From Acidobacteriota bacterium (GTDB taxonomy: Bacteria > Acidobacteriota > Thermoanaerobaculia > Multivoradales > JAGPDF01), in contig JAAYLR010000030.1 of assembly GCA_012521815.1 (NCBI GenBank), positions 5,434-69,433 on the forward strand: 64,000 nt of DNA, read 5' to 3'. Shown one piece after another: positions 45,816 to 55,316 of the stretch. Under the pieces are notes generated by a model. It was not told the DNA's origin. It saw only the letters and a program-made list of their open reading frames with translations, and ran no database searches. The position numbers and the translations under genes were made by a program. Positions within the stretch are counted from its first letter, which is position 1. Every line of letters begins with the position of its first letter.

Positions 45816-47288
45816 CTGGATACCGCCCTCGTTCTCGCGCTCCTCGCCGGCGCGACGCTCCTGCTGCTGAGCGTCCTCGCCAGCCGTCTCTCCTCCCGCC
45901 TCGGGATCCCCGCGCTCCTCCTCTTCCTCCTCATCGGGATGCTCGCCGGCTCGGAGGGTCCGGGCGGGATCGCCTTCGACAACGCCCGGCTCGCGATGTT
46001 CGTCGGCTCGATCGCGCTCGCGCTGATCCTCTTCGACGGCGGGCTCCAGACCGAGCTCGAGCAGCTCGGCCGGCCGCAGCTGCGCGCCGGGCTGATCCTG
46101 GCGACCCTCGGGGTCGTCATCACGGCCGCGGTGGTCGCCGCCTTCTGCGTGCTCGCGCTCGGGATGTCGCCGCTCCAGGGGCTCCTGGTCGGTTCCGTGC
46201 TCTCCTCCACCGACGCCGCGGCGGTCTTCTCCGTGCTCCGGGCGCGCGGGGTCGGTCTCTCGCCGCGGCTGCGCTCGCTCATCGAGTTCGAGTCGGGCAG
46301 CAACGACCCGACCGCCGTCTTCCTGACCGTGGCCGTCATCTCCGCGGCCCAGCTCGAGGCCGCCGAGCCGTGGCGACTCGTCCTCTCGTTCCTCTTCCGG
46401 ATGGGCGGCGGCGTCGCCCTCGGCTGGCTCGCGGGGCGGGTCCTCGTCTGGCTGCTCAACCGGATCGACCTCGAGTACGACGGCCTCTACTCGGTGCTCA
46501 CCCTCGCCGCGGTCGGCACCATGTTCGGCGCCGCCGAGGCCGCCGGCACCAGCGGCTTCGTGGCGGTCTACGTGGCCGGGCTCACGATGGCGGGCCGGAT
46601 CTTCGTCCACCATCGCAGCATCGTGCGCTTCCACGAGGGGCTCGCCTGGCTGATGCAGGTGACGATGTTCCTGGTCCTCGGCCTGCTCGTCTACCCCTCG
46701 CACCTGGCCCGCGGGATCTGGCCGGCGCTGGCGATCTCGGCGGTGCTGATGCTCGTCGCGCGGCCGGCGGCGACCTTCCCGTCGCTGATCGGCTCGGGCC
46801 TGAGCTGGCGCGAGCGGCACATGGTCGCCTGGGTGGGGCTGCGGGGGGCGGCCCCGATCATCCTCGCCACCTTCCCGCTCGTCGCCGGCCTCGACACCTC
46901 GGGGGTGATCTTCAACACCGTCTTCGTCGCGGTGATCACCTCGGTGCTCGTCCAGGGCCCGACCGTGAGCCTCGTGGCCCGGCGTCTCGGCATCGCCGAA
47001 CCGGTCACCGAGCCCCTTCGCTCCCCGATCGACGTCGACCTCCCGCGCGACCCGACCTTCTCGGTCAAACGGTTGCAGATCGAGGCCGGCTCGGAGGCCG
47101 ACGGCAAGAAGCTGCTCGCCATCGGCGGCCCCGACCGGCCGCTCATCGTCCTGATCCGCCGCCAGGGCTGCCTCTTCCTGCCCACCGGTGCCAGCCCGCT
47201 CGCCGCCGGCGACGAGCTGTTCGCGCTCGGCTCGGACGAGTCGATGCAGGCGCTCGGGCAGATCCTCCGGAAACCCAGGATCCCCTGA
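45816..47288 (+). CDS. nhaP2: K+/H+ (cation:proton) antiporter NhaP2-like with C-terminal TrkA-C domain; apparent CTG start
   Basis: An ATG-only start (45939) would delete TM1 (LDTALVLALLAGATLLLLSVLASRLSSRLGIPALLLFLLIGMLAG, a canonical NhaP2 N-terminus). GGAGG at 45804-45808 lies 7 nt before the CTG at 45816. No in-frame ATG/GTG/TTG is available upstream. Confidence 0.7.
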   Translation: MDTALVLALLAGATLLLLSVLASRLSSRLGIPALLLFLLIGMLAGSEGPGGIAFDNARLAMFVGSIALALILFDGGLQTELEQLGRPQLRAGLILATLGVVITAAVVAAFCVLALGMSPLQGLLVGSVLSSTDAAAVFSVLRARGVGLSPRLRSLIEFESGSNDPTAVFLTVAVISAAQLEAAEPWRLVLSFLFRMGGGVALGWLAGRVLVWLLNRIDLEYDGLYSVLTLAAVGTMFGAAEAAGTSGFVAVYVAGLTMAGRIFVHHRSIVRFHEGLAWLMQVTMFLVLGLLVYPSHLARGIWPALAISAVLMLVARPAATFPSLIGSGLSWRERHMVAWVGLRGAAPIILATFPLVAGLDTSGVIFNTVFVAVITSVLVQGPTVSLVARRLGIAEPVTEPLRSPIDVDLPRDPTFSVKRLQIEAGSEADGKKLLAIGGPDRPLIVLIRRQGCLFLPTGASPLAAGDELFALGSDESMQALGQILRKPRIP

Positions 47289-47329
47289 ACGGGGCGCCCC
47301 GCCCGGCCTCGGGATAAGCTCGCCGGCCG

Positions 47330-48802
47330 ATGGCAACTCCGATCCCGCCCAACCGCGCCCGCTTCACGCTCGGCGAGCTCGCTACCGCCACCGGCGGCCG
47401 GCTCTTCGCCGCCGATCCCGAGACCGCGGTCACGGGGGTCACCACCGACTCGCGTACCGCCGAGGCGGGGGGACTCTTCGTCGCGCTCTGGGTACCGCCT
47501 GGCGGCCCCCTCGAGATGACCCGGGACGGCCACGAGTTCGTCGCCGCCGCCCGCGAGCAGGGCGCCTTTCCCATGGTGGCCACCGGCCGCAGCGTCACAG
47601 GTCCCCGGCTCGAGGTCGCCGATACCCTCCGCGCCCTCGGTGACCTCGCCCGCCATTTCGTGGCGCGGCAGACGCAGGGGCACCCGGTGCCGGCGCTGGC
47701 GATCGGCGGCGCCGCGGGCAAGACCACCACGAAGACGCTGGCCGCGGCCGCGGTCACCGCCCTCTGCGGCCCGACCCTCGCCACCCCGGGAAGCCTGAAC
47801 AACCTGCTCGGGGTGCCCCTCACCCTCCTCTGCCTCGGCCGGGAGCACCGGACGATGGTGATCGAGTGCGGCACCTCGTCGCCCGGCGAGATCCCCCGCC
47901 TCGGCGAGATCGTGCGCCCCGAGGTGGCGCTCGTCCTCAACGTCGACCTCGAGCACAGCGAGCGGCTCGGCGACCTCGCGGCGATCGCCGACGAGGAGGC
48001 CGCGCTCTTCGCGGCCGCCCGCCGCGCCGTCGTCACCTCGACCGAAGAGCCGGAGCTCCTCGCGCGGCTCCCCCGGAGCGGCGGGCAGGAGGCGCTCCTC
48101 TTCGGCGCCGGCGCGCCGGCGGACGTGCGCCTCGCCCGCCGGGAGACGCTTCCCGACGGAACCGCGCGGGTCGTGCTCGAGATCGCCGCGCGGCTGCGGG
48201 CCCGGCGGGCCGACCGCCGGCTCGAGATCGTCACCCCGCTGCTCGGTCCCACTGCCGCCGTGGATCTCGCTGCCGCGGTGGCGGGTACGGCGGCGCTCCG
48301 GGACCGGCCGCTCGATCAGGAGGAGCTGGTCGCGGTCGCGCGGGCGCTCGGCGCGGTGCCAGCGGTGCCCGGGCGTCTCGCCCCCCGCCGGTTCGGCGAG
48401 GTGCTCGTGCTCGACGACAGCTACAACGCCAACCCGCGCTCGGTGCGCGCCGCGCTGGCCGCGGCCCGCGAGGCCGCCGCGGCCCGGAACGGCCGGCTCC
48501 TCGTCGCGCTCGGCGACATGCTCGAGCTCGGCGACGCCGCGGCGACCGCGCACGCCGAGATCGTGCAGGAGGCGGCGGCCGGGGCCGCGCTCTTCGCCGG
48601 CGCCGGCCCCTTGACCACGGCGGCGGCGCGCGCGGCCGGCCTCGCCACCGACTGCCTCCTCGCCGACGACGCGGCCGAGCTCGCCGAGGCGCTCGTCGCC
48701 CGAAGCGCGCCGGGCGACGTGGTCCTCGTCAAGGGCTCGCGGGGGATGCGGATGGAGCGGCTCGTCGCCGCCTTCGAACGCGCGGGAGAGGACCCCGGAT
48801 GA
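47330..48802 (+). CDS. murF: UDP-N-acetylmuramoyl-tripeptide--D-alanyl-D-alanine ligase (MurF)
   Basis: 490 aa with DSR...GGLFVAL, GKTTTK P-loop, DDSYNAN and [10 protein letters not shown] motifs diagnostic of MurF. It is not flanked by murE/mraY. Confidence 0.8.
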   Translation: MATPIPPNRARFTLGELATATGGRLFAADPETAVTGVTTDSRTAEAGGLFVALWVPPGGPLEMTRDGHEFVAAAREQGAFPMVATGRSVTGPRLEVADTLRALGDLARHFVARQTQGHPVPALAIGGAAGKTTTKTLAAAAVTALCGPTLATPGSLNNLLGVPLTLLCLGREHRTMVIECGTSSPGEIPRLGEIVRPEVALVLNVDLEHSERLGDLAAIADEEAALFAAARRAVVTSTEEPELLARLPRSGGQEALLFGAGAPADVRLARRETLPDGTARVVLEIAARLRARRADRRLEIVTPLLGPTAAVDLAAAVAGTAALRDRPLDQEELVAVARALGAVPAVPGRLAPRRFGEVLVLDDSYNANPRSVRAALAAAREAAAARNGRLLVALGDMLELGDAAATAHAEIVQEAAAGAALFAGAGPLTTAAARAAGLATDCLLADDAAELAEALVARSAPGDVVLVKGSRGMRMERLVAAFERAGEDPG

Positions 48803-50517
48803 GCACCGGAGAGGCCACGACCCGGCGCGGTGCCGAGATCCTGCTCGCCGCCTACCAGGCCTACCGCACCGCGCTCGCCGGCCTCACGGACGCCGCCGCC
48901 GGGCACTTCGCACGCCGCGACTGGGCAGCCGCCCGGCGGGATGCGGTCGAGCGGCTCGTCATCTACCGCCAGAACCTCGACACGGCGATCGCCGCGCTCA
49001 CGGAACAGTTCGGGGAGGCGGTCCGCCTGCGCCAGACCTGGGGCGGGCTCAAGGCGGCGTTCCGGCCGCTCGCGGCGGCCGAGGTCGACACCGAGATCGC
49101 GGAGACCTTCTTCAACTCCGCGACCCGCCGGGTCTTCTCCACCGTCGGCATCGACCCGGAGATCGAGTTCGTCTCCCGCGCGGCGCCGCTGGCCGCCGTC
49201 GGCCCGGACGAGGACGGGACGGCGTGCCGGCGCTTTCCGGCGAGCGGCGGCCTCGAGGCGCTCCTCGGCGAGATCCTCGCCGGCTACCGCCCCGGATGCG
49301 GCTACGAAGACGCCGCCCGCGACGCGGCGCTCGGCGCCGCCGCGCTCGCCGAGGCCCTCGCCGGCGCCACCGTCCACGAGGCCGAGCTCGTCCGCGCCCC
49401 CTTCCATCGCGGCCAGGCCGCCTATCTGGTCGGCCGCCTCCGCGGCCCCGGTCTGCGGCAACCGCTGGTGCTCGCGCTCACCAACCCGGACGGCCGCGCC
49501 CGGCTCGACGCCGTGCTCACCGCCGAGGACGACGTGAGCATCGTCTTCAGCTTCACCCGCTCCTACTTCTTCGTCGACGCCGGCCGCACCGCCGAGCTCG
49601 TGCGCTTCCTCCGGGCGATCATGCCGCGCAAGCCGGTGGGCGAGCTCTACAACTCCCTCGGCTTCAACAAGCACGGCAAGACCGAGCTCTACCGGGCGCT
49701 GCTCCGGCACCTCGAGACCACCGACGCCCGCTTCGACATCGCCCGCGGCGAGCGCGGGATGGTGATGGCGGTCTTCGACCTCGCCGGCTTCGACTCGGTC
49801 TTCAAGATCATCCGCGACCGGTTCGATCCGCCGAAGTCGACCACCCGGGCCGAGGTGATGGGCAAATACCGGCTCGTCTTCGAGCACGACCGGGCCGGCC
49901 GGCTGGTCGACGCCCAGGAGTTCGAACACCTCGTCTTCGCCCGCGAACGGTTCACCCCCGCGCTCCTCGCCGAGCTGGCGGCGAAGTGCGCCGGCACCGT
50001 GCGGATCACCGACGACACGGTCCACTTCGACCACCTCTACACCGAGCGCCGGCTCACCCCGCTCGACGTCTGGCTCCGGGAGGCGTCGCCGGAGGCGGCC
50101 CGGGCGGCGGTGCTCGACTTCGGGCAGGCGCTGCGCGACCTCGCGGCCACCGACATCTTCCCCGGCGACCTCCTGCTCAAGAACTTCGGCGTCACCCGGC
50201 ATCACCGGGTGGTCTTCTACGACTACGACGAGCTCTCGCGGGTGCGCGACTGCGTCTTCCGCGACCTGCCCGAGGCGGAGACCGACGAGGAGGAGATGGC
50301 CGGGGAGGCCTGGTTCTACGTCGACGAGCGCGACATCTTCCCCGAGGAGTTCATCCGCTTCTTCGGCATCCCGCCGGCGCTGCGCGCTCCGTTCCTCGAC
50401 GCCCACCGCGACCTGCTCCGCGCCGACTTCTGGCGCTCCCTGCAGGAGGACCACCGCCGGGGCGTCCATTACGACATCCGCCCCTACCCCGACTCGCTCC
50501 GTCTCCACCCCCGCTGA
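48799..50517 (+). CDS. aceK: isocitrate dehydrogenase kinase/phosphatase
   Basis: 572 aa, AceK-specific architecture and motifs (FDYDEL, ATP-binding region). ATGA overlap with the murF stop. Confidence 0.85.
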   Translation: MSTGEATTRRGAEILLAAYQAYRTALAGLTDAAAGHFARRDWAAARRDAVERLVIYRQNLDTAIAALTEQFGEAVRLRQTWGGLKAAFRPLAAAEVDTEIAETFFNSATRRVFSTVGIDPEIEFVSRAAPLAAVGPDEDGTACRRFPASGGLEALLGEILAGYRPGCGYEDAARDAALGAAALAEALAGATVHEAELVRAPFHRGQAAYLVGRLRGPGLRQPLVLALTNPDGRARLDAVLTAEDDVSIVFSFTRSYFFVDAGRTAELVRFLRAIMPRKPVGELYNSLGFNKHGKTELYRALLRHLETTDARFDIARGERGMVMAVFDLAGFDSVFKIIRDRFDPPKSTTRAEVMGKYRLVFEHDRAGRLVDAQEFEHLVFARERFTPALLAELAAKCAGTVRITDDTVHFDHLYTERRLTPLDVWLREASPEAARAAVLDFGQALRDLAATDIFPGDLLLKNFGVTRHHRVVFYDYDELSRVRDCVFRDLPEAETDEEEMAGEAWFYVDERDIFPEEFIRFFGIPPALRAPFLDAHRDLLRADFWRSLQEDHRRGVHYDIRPYPDSLRLHPR

Positions 50518-50609
50518 ACGCCGCGCCGGGCAGCCGGCGGCGGCCGGGTGGTATCCTGCGCCCGGTTCGAGTGTCGTTTCGCCGGATCCCGAAAGACAGG
50601 AGGTCTCCC

Positions 50610-51911
50610 ATGTCCGAATGGCGTTTCACGGTCCCCGGAGACGGGGCGCAGATCACCCTGGAAGGCGGCCGCCTGCAGGTGCCCGACCGGCCGATCGTCC
50701 CGTTCATCGAGGGCGACGGCACCGGCCCCGACATCTGGCGGGCGTCGGTGCGCGTCTTCGACGCCGCGGTCGAGAAGGCGTACGGCGGCCGGCGGAAGAT
50801 CGCCTGGATGGAGGTGCTCGCCGGGCAGAAGGCGTTCGACCTCGCCGGCGTCTGGCTGCCGGAGGCGACCGTGGAGGCGTTCCGCGACTACCTGGTCGGG
50901 ATCAAGGGCCCCCTCACCACCCCGATCGGCGGCGGCATCCGCTCGCTCAACGTCGCGCTGCGCCAGCTGCTCGACCTCTACGTCTGCCTGCGGCCGGTCC
51001 GCTGGTTCGCAGGGGTCCCCTCGCCGGTGAAGCATCCGGAGAAGGTGGACATGGTGATCTTCCGCGAGAACACCGAGGACATTTACGCCGGCATCGAGTT
51101 CGCCGCCGGCTCGCCCGAGGCCACGAAGCTGCTCGCGTTCCTCGGCGCCGAGTTCCCGAAGGAGTACGCGAAGATCCGCTTCCCCGGCAGCTCGGGCATC
51201 GGCATCAAGCCGGTCTCCGAGGAGGGAACCGAACGGCTGGTGCGCGCCGCGATCGACTACGCGCTCACCAACGGCCGCAAGAGCGTCACCTTCGTGCACA
51301 AGGGCAACATCATGAAGTACACCGAAGGGGCGTTCCGCAACTGGGGCTACGCGCTCGCGGAGCGGGAGTTCGGCGACCGGGTCTACACCTGGGAGCAGTG
51401 GGAGCGCACCAGGCGCGAGCGGGGCGAGAAGGCGGCCAACGAGGAGCAGCGCGGGGCGCTCGCCGGCGGCCGGGTGCTCGTCAAGGACGCGATCGCCGAC
51501 ATCACCCTGCAGCAGGTCCTCACCCGCCCCAACGAGTTCGACGTCATCGCCACCCTGAACCTCAACGGCGACTACCTCTCCGACGCCCTCGCCGCGCAGG
51601 TCGGCGGCATCGGGATCGCACCGGGCGGCAACGTCAACTACGCCACCGGCCACGCGGTCTTCGAGGCGACCCACGGCACCGCGCCGAAGTACGCCGACCT
51701 CGACAAGGTGAACCCCGGCTCGGTGATCCTCTCCGGCGAGATGATGCTCCGCTACCTCGGCTGGACGGAGGCCGCGGATCTGATCCTCCGCGGCATGGAC
51801 GGCGCCATCGGCGCGCGCCGGGTCACCTACGACTTCGCGCGGCTGATGGAGGGAGCCACCGAGATCCGCTGCTCGGAGTTCGGCGACGCGGTGATCGCCC
51901 AGATGGGCTGA
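50610..51911 (+). CDS. icd: NADP-dependent isocitrate dehydrogenase (AceK-regulated type)
   Basis: 433 aa. The phosphorylation loop [20 protein letters not shown] matches the E. coli Ser113 region. AGGAGG SD before the ATG at 50610. Confidence 0.9.
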   Translation: MSEWRFTVPGDGAQITLEGGRLQVPDRPIVPFIEGDGTGPDIWRASVRVFDAAVEKAYGGRRKIAWMEVLAGQKAFDLAGVWLPEATVEAFRDYLVGIKGPLTTPIGGGIRSLNVALRQLLDLYVCLRPVRWFAGVPSPVKHPEKVDMVIFRENTEDIYAGIEFAAGSPEATKLLAFLGAEFPKEYAKIRFPGSSGIGIKPVSEEGTERLVRAAIDYALTNGRKSVTFVHKGNIMKYTEGAFRNWGYALAEREFGDRVYTWEQWERTRRERGEKAANEEQRGALAGGRVLVKDAIADITLQQVLTRPNEFDVIATLNLNGDYLSDALAAQVGGIGIAPGGNVNYATGHAVFEATHGTAPKYADLDKVNPGSVILSGEMMLRYLGWTEAADLILRGMDGAIGARRVTYDFARLMEGATEIRCSEFGDAVIAQMG

Positions 51912-51936
51912 GGCGAGCGCCAGACGCCGTCCGGCC

Positions 51937-53358
51937 TCAGGCGAGCGGCTCGCCGCGGCGCACCCGGCCGCGGGCGAGCGAGGCGAGCACCCCGAGCACG
52001 CAGAGCGGGCCGAAGAGCAGGAACGCCTGCCGCTGCGTGGCGAGCAGCGCCAGCGCGTTGTCCGCGCCGAGCCGCGCCTCCCCCATCGTGCGGGCGGTCA
52101 GGAGCGCGAGCGCCGCCATCGAGAGCGACTGGCCGAGCTGCCGCATCGTCCCGAGGACCGCCGAGGCCACGCTGTAATCGCGCCGGTCGACCGCGCTCAT
52201 CACCGCGTTGGTGTTCGGCGAGGAGAAGAGCGCGAAGCCGACGCCGATCAGCAGCAGCGTTCCCACCACCACCGCGAGCGGCGTGGCGGGGCCGAGCAGC
52301 GCGAAGAGGAATAGGGAGAGCGCCGTCAGCGCCATCCCGAGCGAAGCCGGCACCCGGGGCTGGAACCGGTCCGAGAGCCGGCCGGCGAGCGGGGAGAGGA
52401 GCGCCATGGTCAGCGGCTGGGCGAGCAGCAGCAGGCCGGCGTGGCGCGGCGGCAGCCCCCGGACCACCTGCAGGTAGAGCGAGAGGAGATAGCCGACCGC
52501 GAAGGTGGCGCTGTAGTTGAGCAGCGCCGCGAGGTTCGAGAAGGTGAAGACCGGATCGCGGAAGAGCCGCGCCGGCACGATCGGCCGCGCGCTCAGCCGG
52601 TCGCGCACGAGGAAGAGCCCGAAGGCCACCGCGCCGGCGGCGATCACCCACTTGCCCGCGCCGCTCCGCGCCACCGCCGCGAGGCCGCCGACGAGCGCCC
52701 CGAAGCCGGCGGCGTAGAGCGCGGCGCCGAGCCAGTCGAACCGTCGCTCCGTCACCTCCGGCGACCGCTCGCGCGGGATCGAGAGCGCGCCGTAGAGCGC
52801 CATCCCGCCGCCGAACAGGCCGCTGCCGAGGAAGATCGCGCGCCAGCCGAACCACTCGACGATCAGCCCGCCGATCACCGGTCCGAGCGCGAGGCCGAGA
52901 TAGACCGAGGCGACGCTGATCCCGAGGACCCGTCCCCGCTGCGAGGCGGGGAAGGCGGCCACGACCATCGCCATCCCGGTGGCGAACGGCATCGCACCGG
53001 TGCCACCTTGCAGCGCCCGCAACCAGACGAGCGAGCTGATGTTCGGCGCCGCCGCCGCGGCGAGAAGGAAGAGAGCCTGCAGCGCGGCGCCGGTGAGGAA
53101 GATCCGCCGACGGCCGGCGAGGTCGGCGAGCCGGCCGAACGGCAGCAGCAGCGCCGCGGCGGCGATGATGAACGCGACGACGACCCCGTGCAGCGCCGCC
53201 GCGGGGGCCGCGAACTCCTCGCCGATCGCCGGGATCGCCAGGTTGAGGGCGCTCGAGAGAAAGGGGGTGAGGAACGCCGAAAGGCTCACCACCACGAGGA
53301 CCGCCTGCCGCTGCCCGGGCGGCGGCAGCGCCCCCGGGGGGCCTTCCACGCCCGCCAT
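51937..53358 (-). CDS. MFS transporter (DHA2-like drug:H+ antiporter family)
   Basis: 473 aa, about 14 TM helices, MFS motif GRLADLAGRRR. Confidence 0.8.
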   Translation of the reverse strand: MAGVEGPPGALPPPGQRQAVLVVVSLSAFLTPFLSSALNLAIPAIGEEFAAPAAALHGVVVAFIIAAAALLLPFGRLADLAGRRRIFLTGAALQALFLLAAAAAPNISSLVWLRALQGGTGAMPFATGMAMVVAAFPASQRGRVLGISVASVYLGLALGPVIGGLIVEWFGWRAIFLGSGLFGGGMALYGALSIPRERSPEVTERRFDWLGAALYAAGFGALVGGLAAVARSGAGKWVIAAGAVAFGLFLVRDRLSARPIVPARLFRDPVFTFSNLAALLNYSATFAVGYLLSLYLQVVRGLPPRHAGLLLLAQPLTMALLSPLAGRLSDRFQPRVPASLGMALTALSLFLFALLGPATPLAVVVGTLLLIGVGFALFSSPNTNAVMSAVDRRDYSVASAVLGTMRQLGQSLSMAALALLTARTMGEARLGADNALALLATQRQAFLLFGPLCVLGVLASLARGRVRRGEPLA

Positions 53359-53454
53359 GGGCCCGAGTCTACGGGATGCACGGACGCCGCATCGCGGCGC
53401 GAGCCGCTAGAATGTTCGCGTGCCCGCTTCGCGGCACCGAGAGGGAGGATCGCG

Positions 53455-55215
53455 ATGCCCACCGAACAGACCGAGATGCGGCGTGTCCTCTACTTCCCCG
53501 GGCGCGCGGCGCTGACCGCCTCGTTCTTCCGGTCGCTCGCCGCGCTCGACGAGTGCCGGCTCGGGGCGCGCAGCGGCGAGCCCACGGTGGTCTGCCGGGA
53601 GACCGCCCTCTCGTTCGTCGAACGGCGCTCGATCGAATCGTTCCTCGCCGCCCTCCACAGCCAGTACTTCAACCTCGTCCTGCTCGACCTCCGCGAGCCG
53701 GTGGAACCCCGCGGACGGAAGCGCAAGCAGACGGCGTTCGCGCGCGGGATGGCGCTGCTCGAGGCGATGGATCGCGAGACCGACATCGAACGCCGGTACG
53801 GCTTCCACCGGATCTTCGCCCTCGTCTCGGGGCCGGATCCGATCGAGGTCGACCGCCAGATCGCCACCCTCGGCGCGGTCGGGGTGCGCCACGTGATGCG
53901 GGACCCCTCGACCTGCCACCACGATCCGTCCTGTCCCCGCCTCCCCGAAGCCGCCGCCTTCTCCCGCCAGGTGCTGCGGGAGATGAAGGAGGTCTGCCTG
54001 CACCGGCAGCCGGGCAAGATCGCGCTCTGCGTCTCGGGCGGCGGGATCACCGGCCTCTACTTCGAGCTCGGGGTCCTGAAGTGCCTCGAGGACTGCCTCC
54101 CCCCCGGCACCCTCAACCGGCTCGACCTCTACTTCGGCATCAGCGCCGGCAGCGTGCTCAGCGGCATCCTCGCCAACGGCTTCTCGGTGACCGAGTTCAT
54201 GGCGGCGATCGACGGCGCGGGAGAGGGGCGGATCGAGCCGCTCGACCTCAACCTCCTCGGCCTCTCGCACCTCGACCTGCGCGGCCTCGCCGCGCCGCTG
54301 CGGCAGGTCTTCTCGCTCGCCAGCCGCGGCGCCGCCGAGCTGCTCCGGGGGCGGCTCCCCTTCTCGCTCGAATCGCTGATCTTCGAGTACGGCGACCTCT
54401 TCCACGCGCCGTTCCGCACCGACGGCTTCGGCAACCTGCTGCGGCGCGCCTTCAGCCGCCCCGGTCACACCGACGACTTCCGGCAGCTGCCGCACCCCCT
54501 CTTCGTCGGCGCCACCGATCAGGACCTCAAGGAGCACGTCCTCTTCGGCGAGCCGCCGTACGACGAGGTGCCGATCAGCGTCGCCATCCAGGCCTCGATG
54601 AGCATCAACCCGGTCTTCGCGCCGACCGTGATCGGCGGCCGCTACTTCGAGGACGGCGCGGTGACCCGGACCTCGAACTTCCCCGACGCCATCCGGAAAG
54701 GCGCGGACCTGATCTTCACCATCGACCCGATCGTCCCGTACGTCTCGAAACGCGCCGGCTTCGCCCGGAACCGCGGGGTCTTCTACAACACCGACCAGGA
54801 CATCCGCACCGTCTCCTTCACCCGCTACGACACCACCCGCAACTGGGCGCTGCGGCGCCACCCCGAGGTCTCGCTCTACACCTTCCTGCCGCCGAACAGC
54901 CTGCGCCGGATCCTCTCGGTCAACCCGATGGACCACCGGCCGTTCCGCGAGATCTGGCGGGGCGCCTACCTCGGCACCCTGAAGCGGATCGAAGCGCTGG
55001 GCTACCGCCTCCGCGGCGACCTGCGGGCGCACGGGATCGCCTTCGACCCGCAGCCGGCCATGGCGGTGGCGGCCCGGCTCAATGCGGTCCGACAACCGCG
55101 CTTCGCCGACTTCTTCCCCGACGGAAAGGTCGAGATCCGGTCGGTCGAACCGCCCGCGAAGCCGCGGGCGACGAAGCGCCCGGCCCGGCGCCCGCAGGCG
55201 CCGCCCGCCGCCTGA
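53455..55215 (+). CDS. patatin-like phospholipase with ~190-aa N-terminal extension
   Basis: Oxyanion CVSGGGITG, lipase GISAGS (GxSxG) and the DGA/DGG Asp motif (FEDGAV). The N-terminal 190 aa are not matched to any domain I recognise. GAGGGAGG SD. Confidence 0.8.
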   Translation: MPTEQTEMRRVLYFPGRAALTASFFRSLAALDECRLGARSGEPTVVCRETALSFVERRSIESFLAALHSQYFNLVLLDLREPVEPRGRKRKQTAFARGMALLEAMDRETDIERRYGFHRIFALVSGPDPIEVDRQIATLGAVGVRHVMRDPSTCHHDPSCPRLPEAAAFSRQVLREMKEVCLHRQPGKIALCVSGGGITGLYFELGVLKCLEDCLPPGTLNRLDLYFGISAGSVLSGILANGFSVTEFMAAIDGAGEGRIEPLDLNLLGLSHLDLRGLAAPLRQVFSLASRGAAELLRGRLPFSLESLIFEYGDLFHAPFRTDGFGNLLRRAFSRPGHTDDFRQLPHPLFVGATDQDLKEHVLFGEPPYDEVPISVAIQASMSINPVFAPTVIGGRYFEDGAVTRTSNFPDAIRKGADLIFTIDPIVPYVSKRAGFARNRGVFYNTDQDIRTVSFTRYDTTRNWALRRHPEVSLYTFLPPNSLRRILSVNPMDHRPFREIWRGAYLGTLKRIEALGYRLRGDLRAHGIAFDPQPAMAVAARLNAVRQPRFADFFPDGKVEIRSVEPPAKPRATKRPARRPQAPPAA

Positions 55216-55282
55216 CTCCCCACCGGGGCGCCGCCCGGGCTGAAACCCGGCGGCGCTCCCGTTCGTTCAAAAGGAGTCCCCC

Positions 55283-55298
55283 GCGGCCCCGGGGCCGC
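55283..55298. promoter_or_regulatory. 16-bp perfect palindrome GCGGCCCCGGGGCCGC in 5' UTR/promoter of tricorn-like protease gene
   Basis: Read directly. The palindrome lies 19 nt upstream of the ATG at 55317 and just upstream of its GGAGGAG SD. Confidence 0.3.
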
Positions 55299-55316
55299 AC
55301 CACCGATGGAGGAGAG

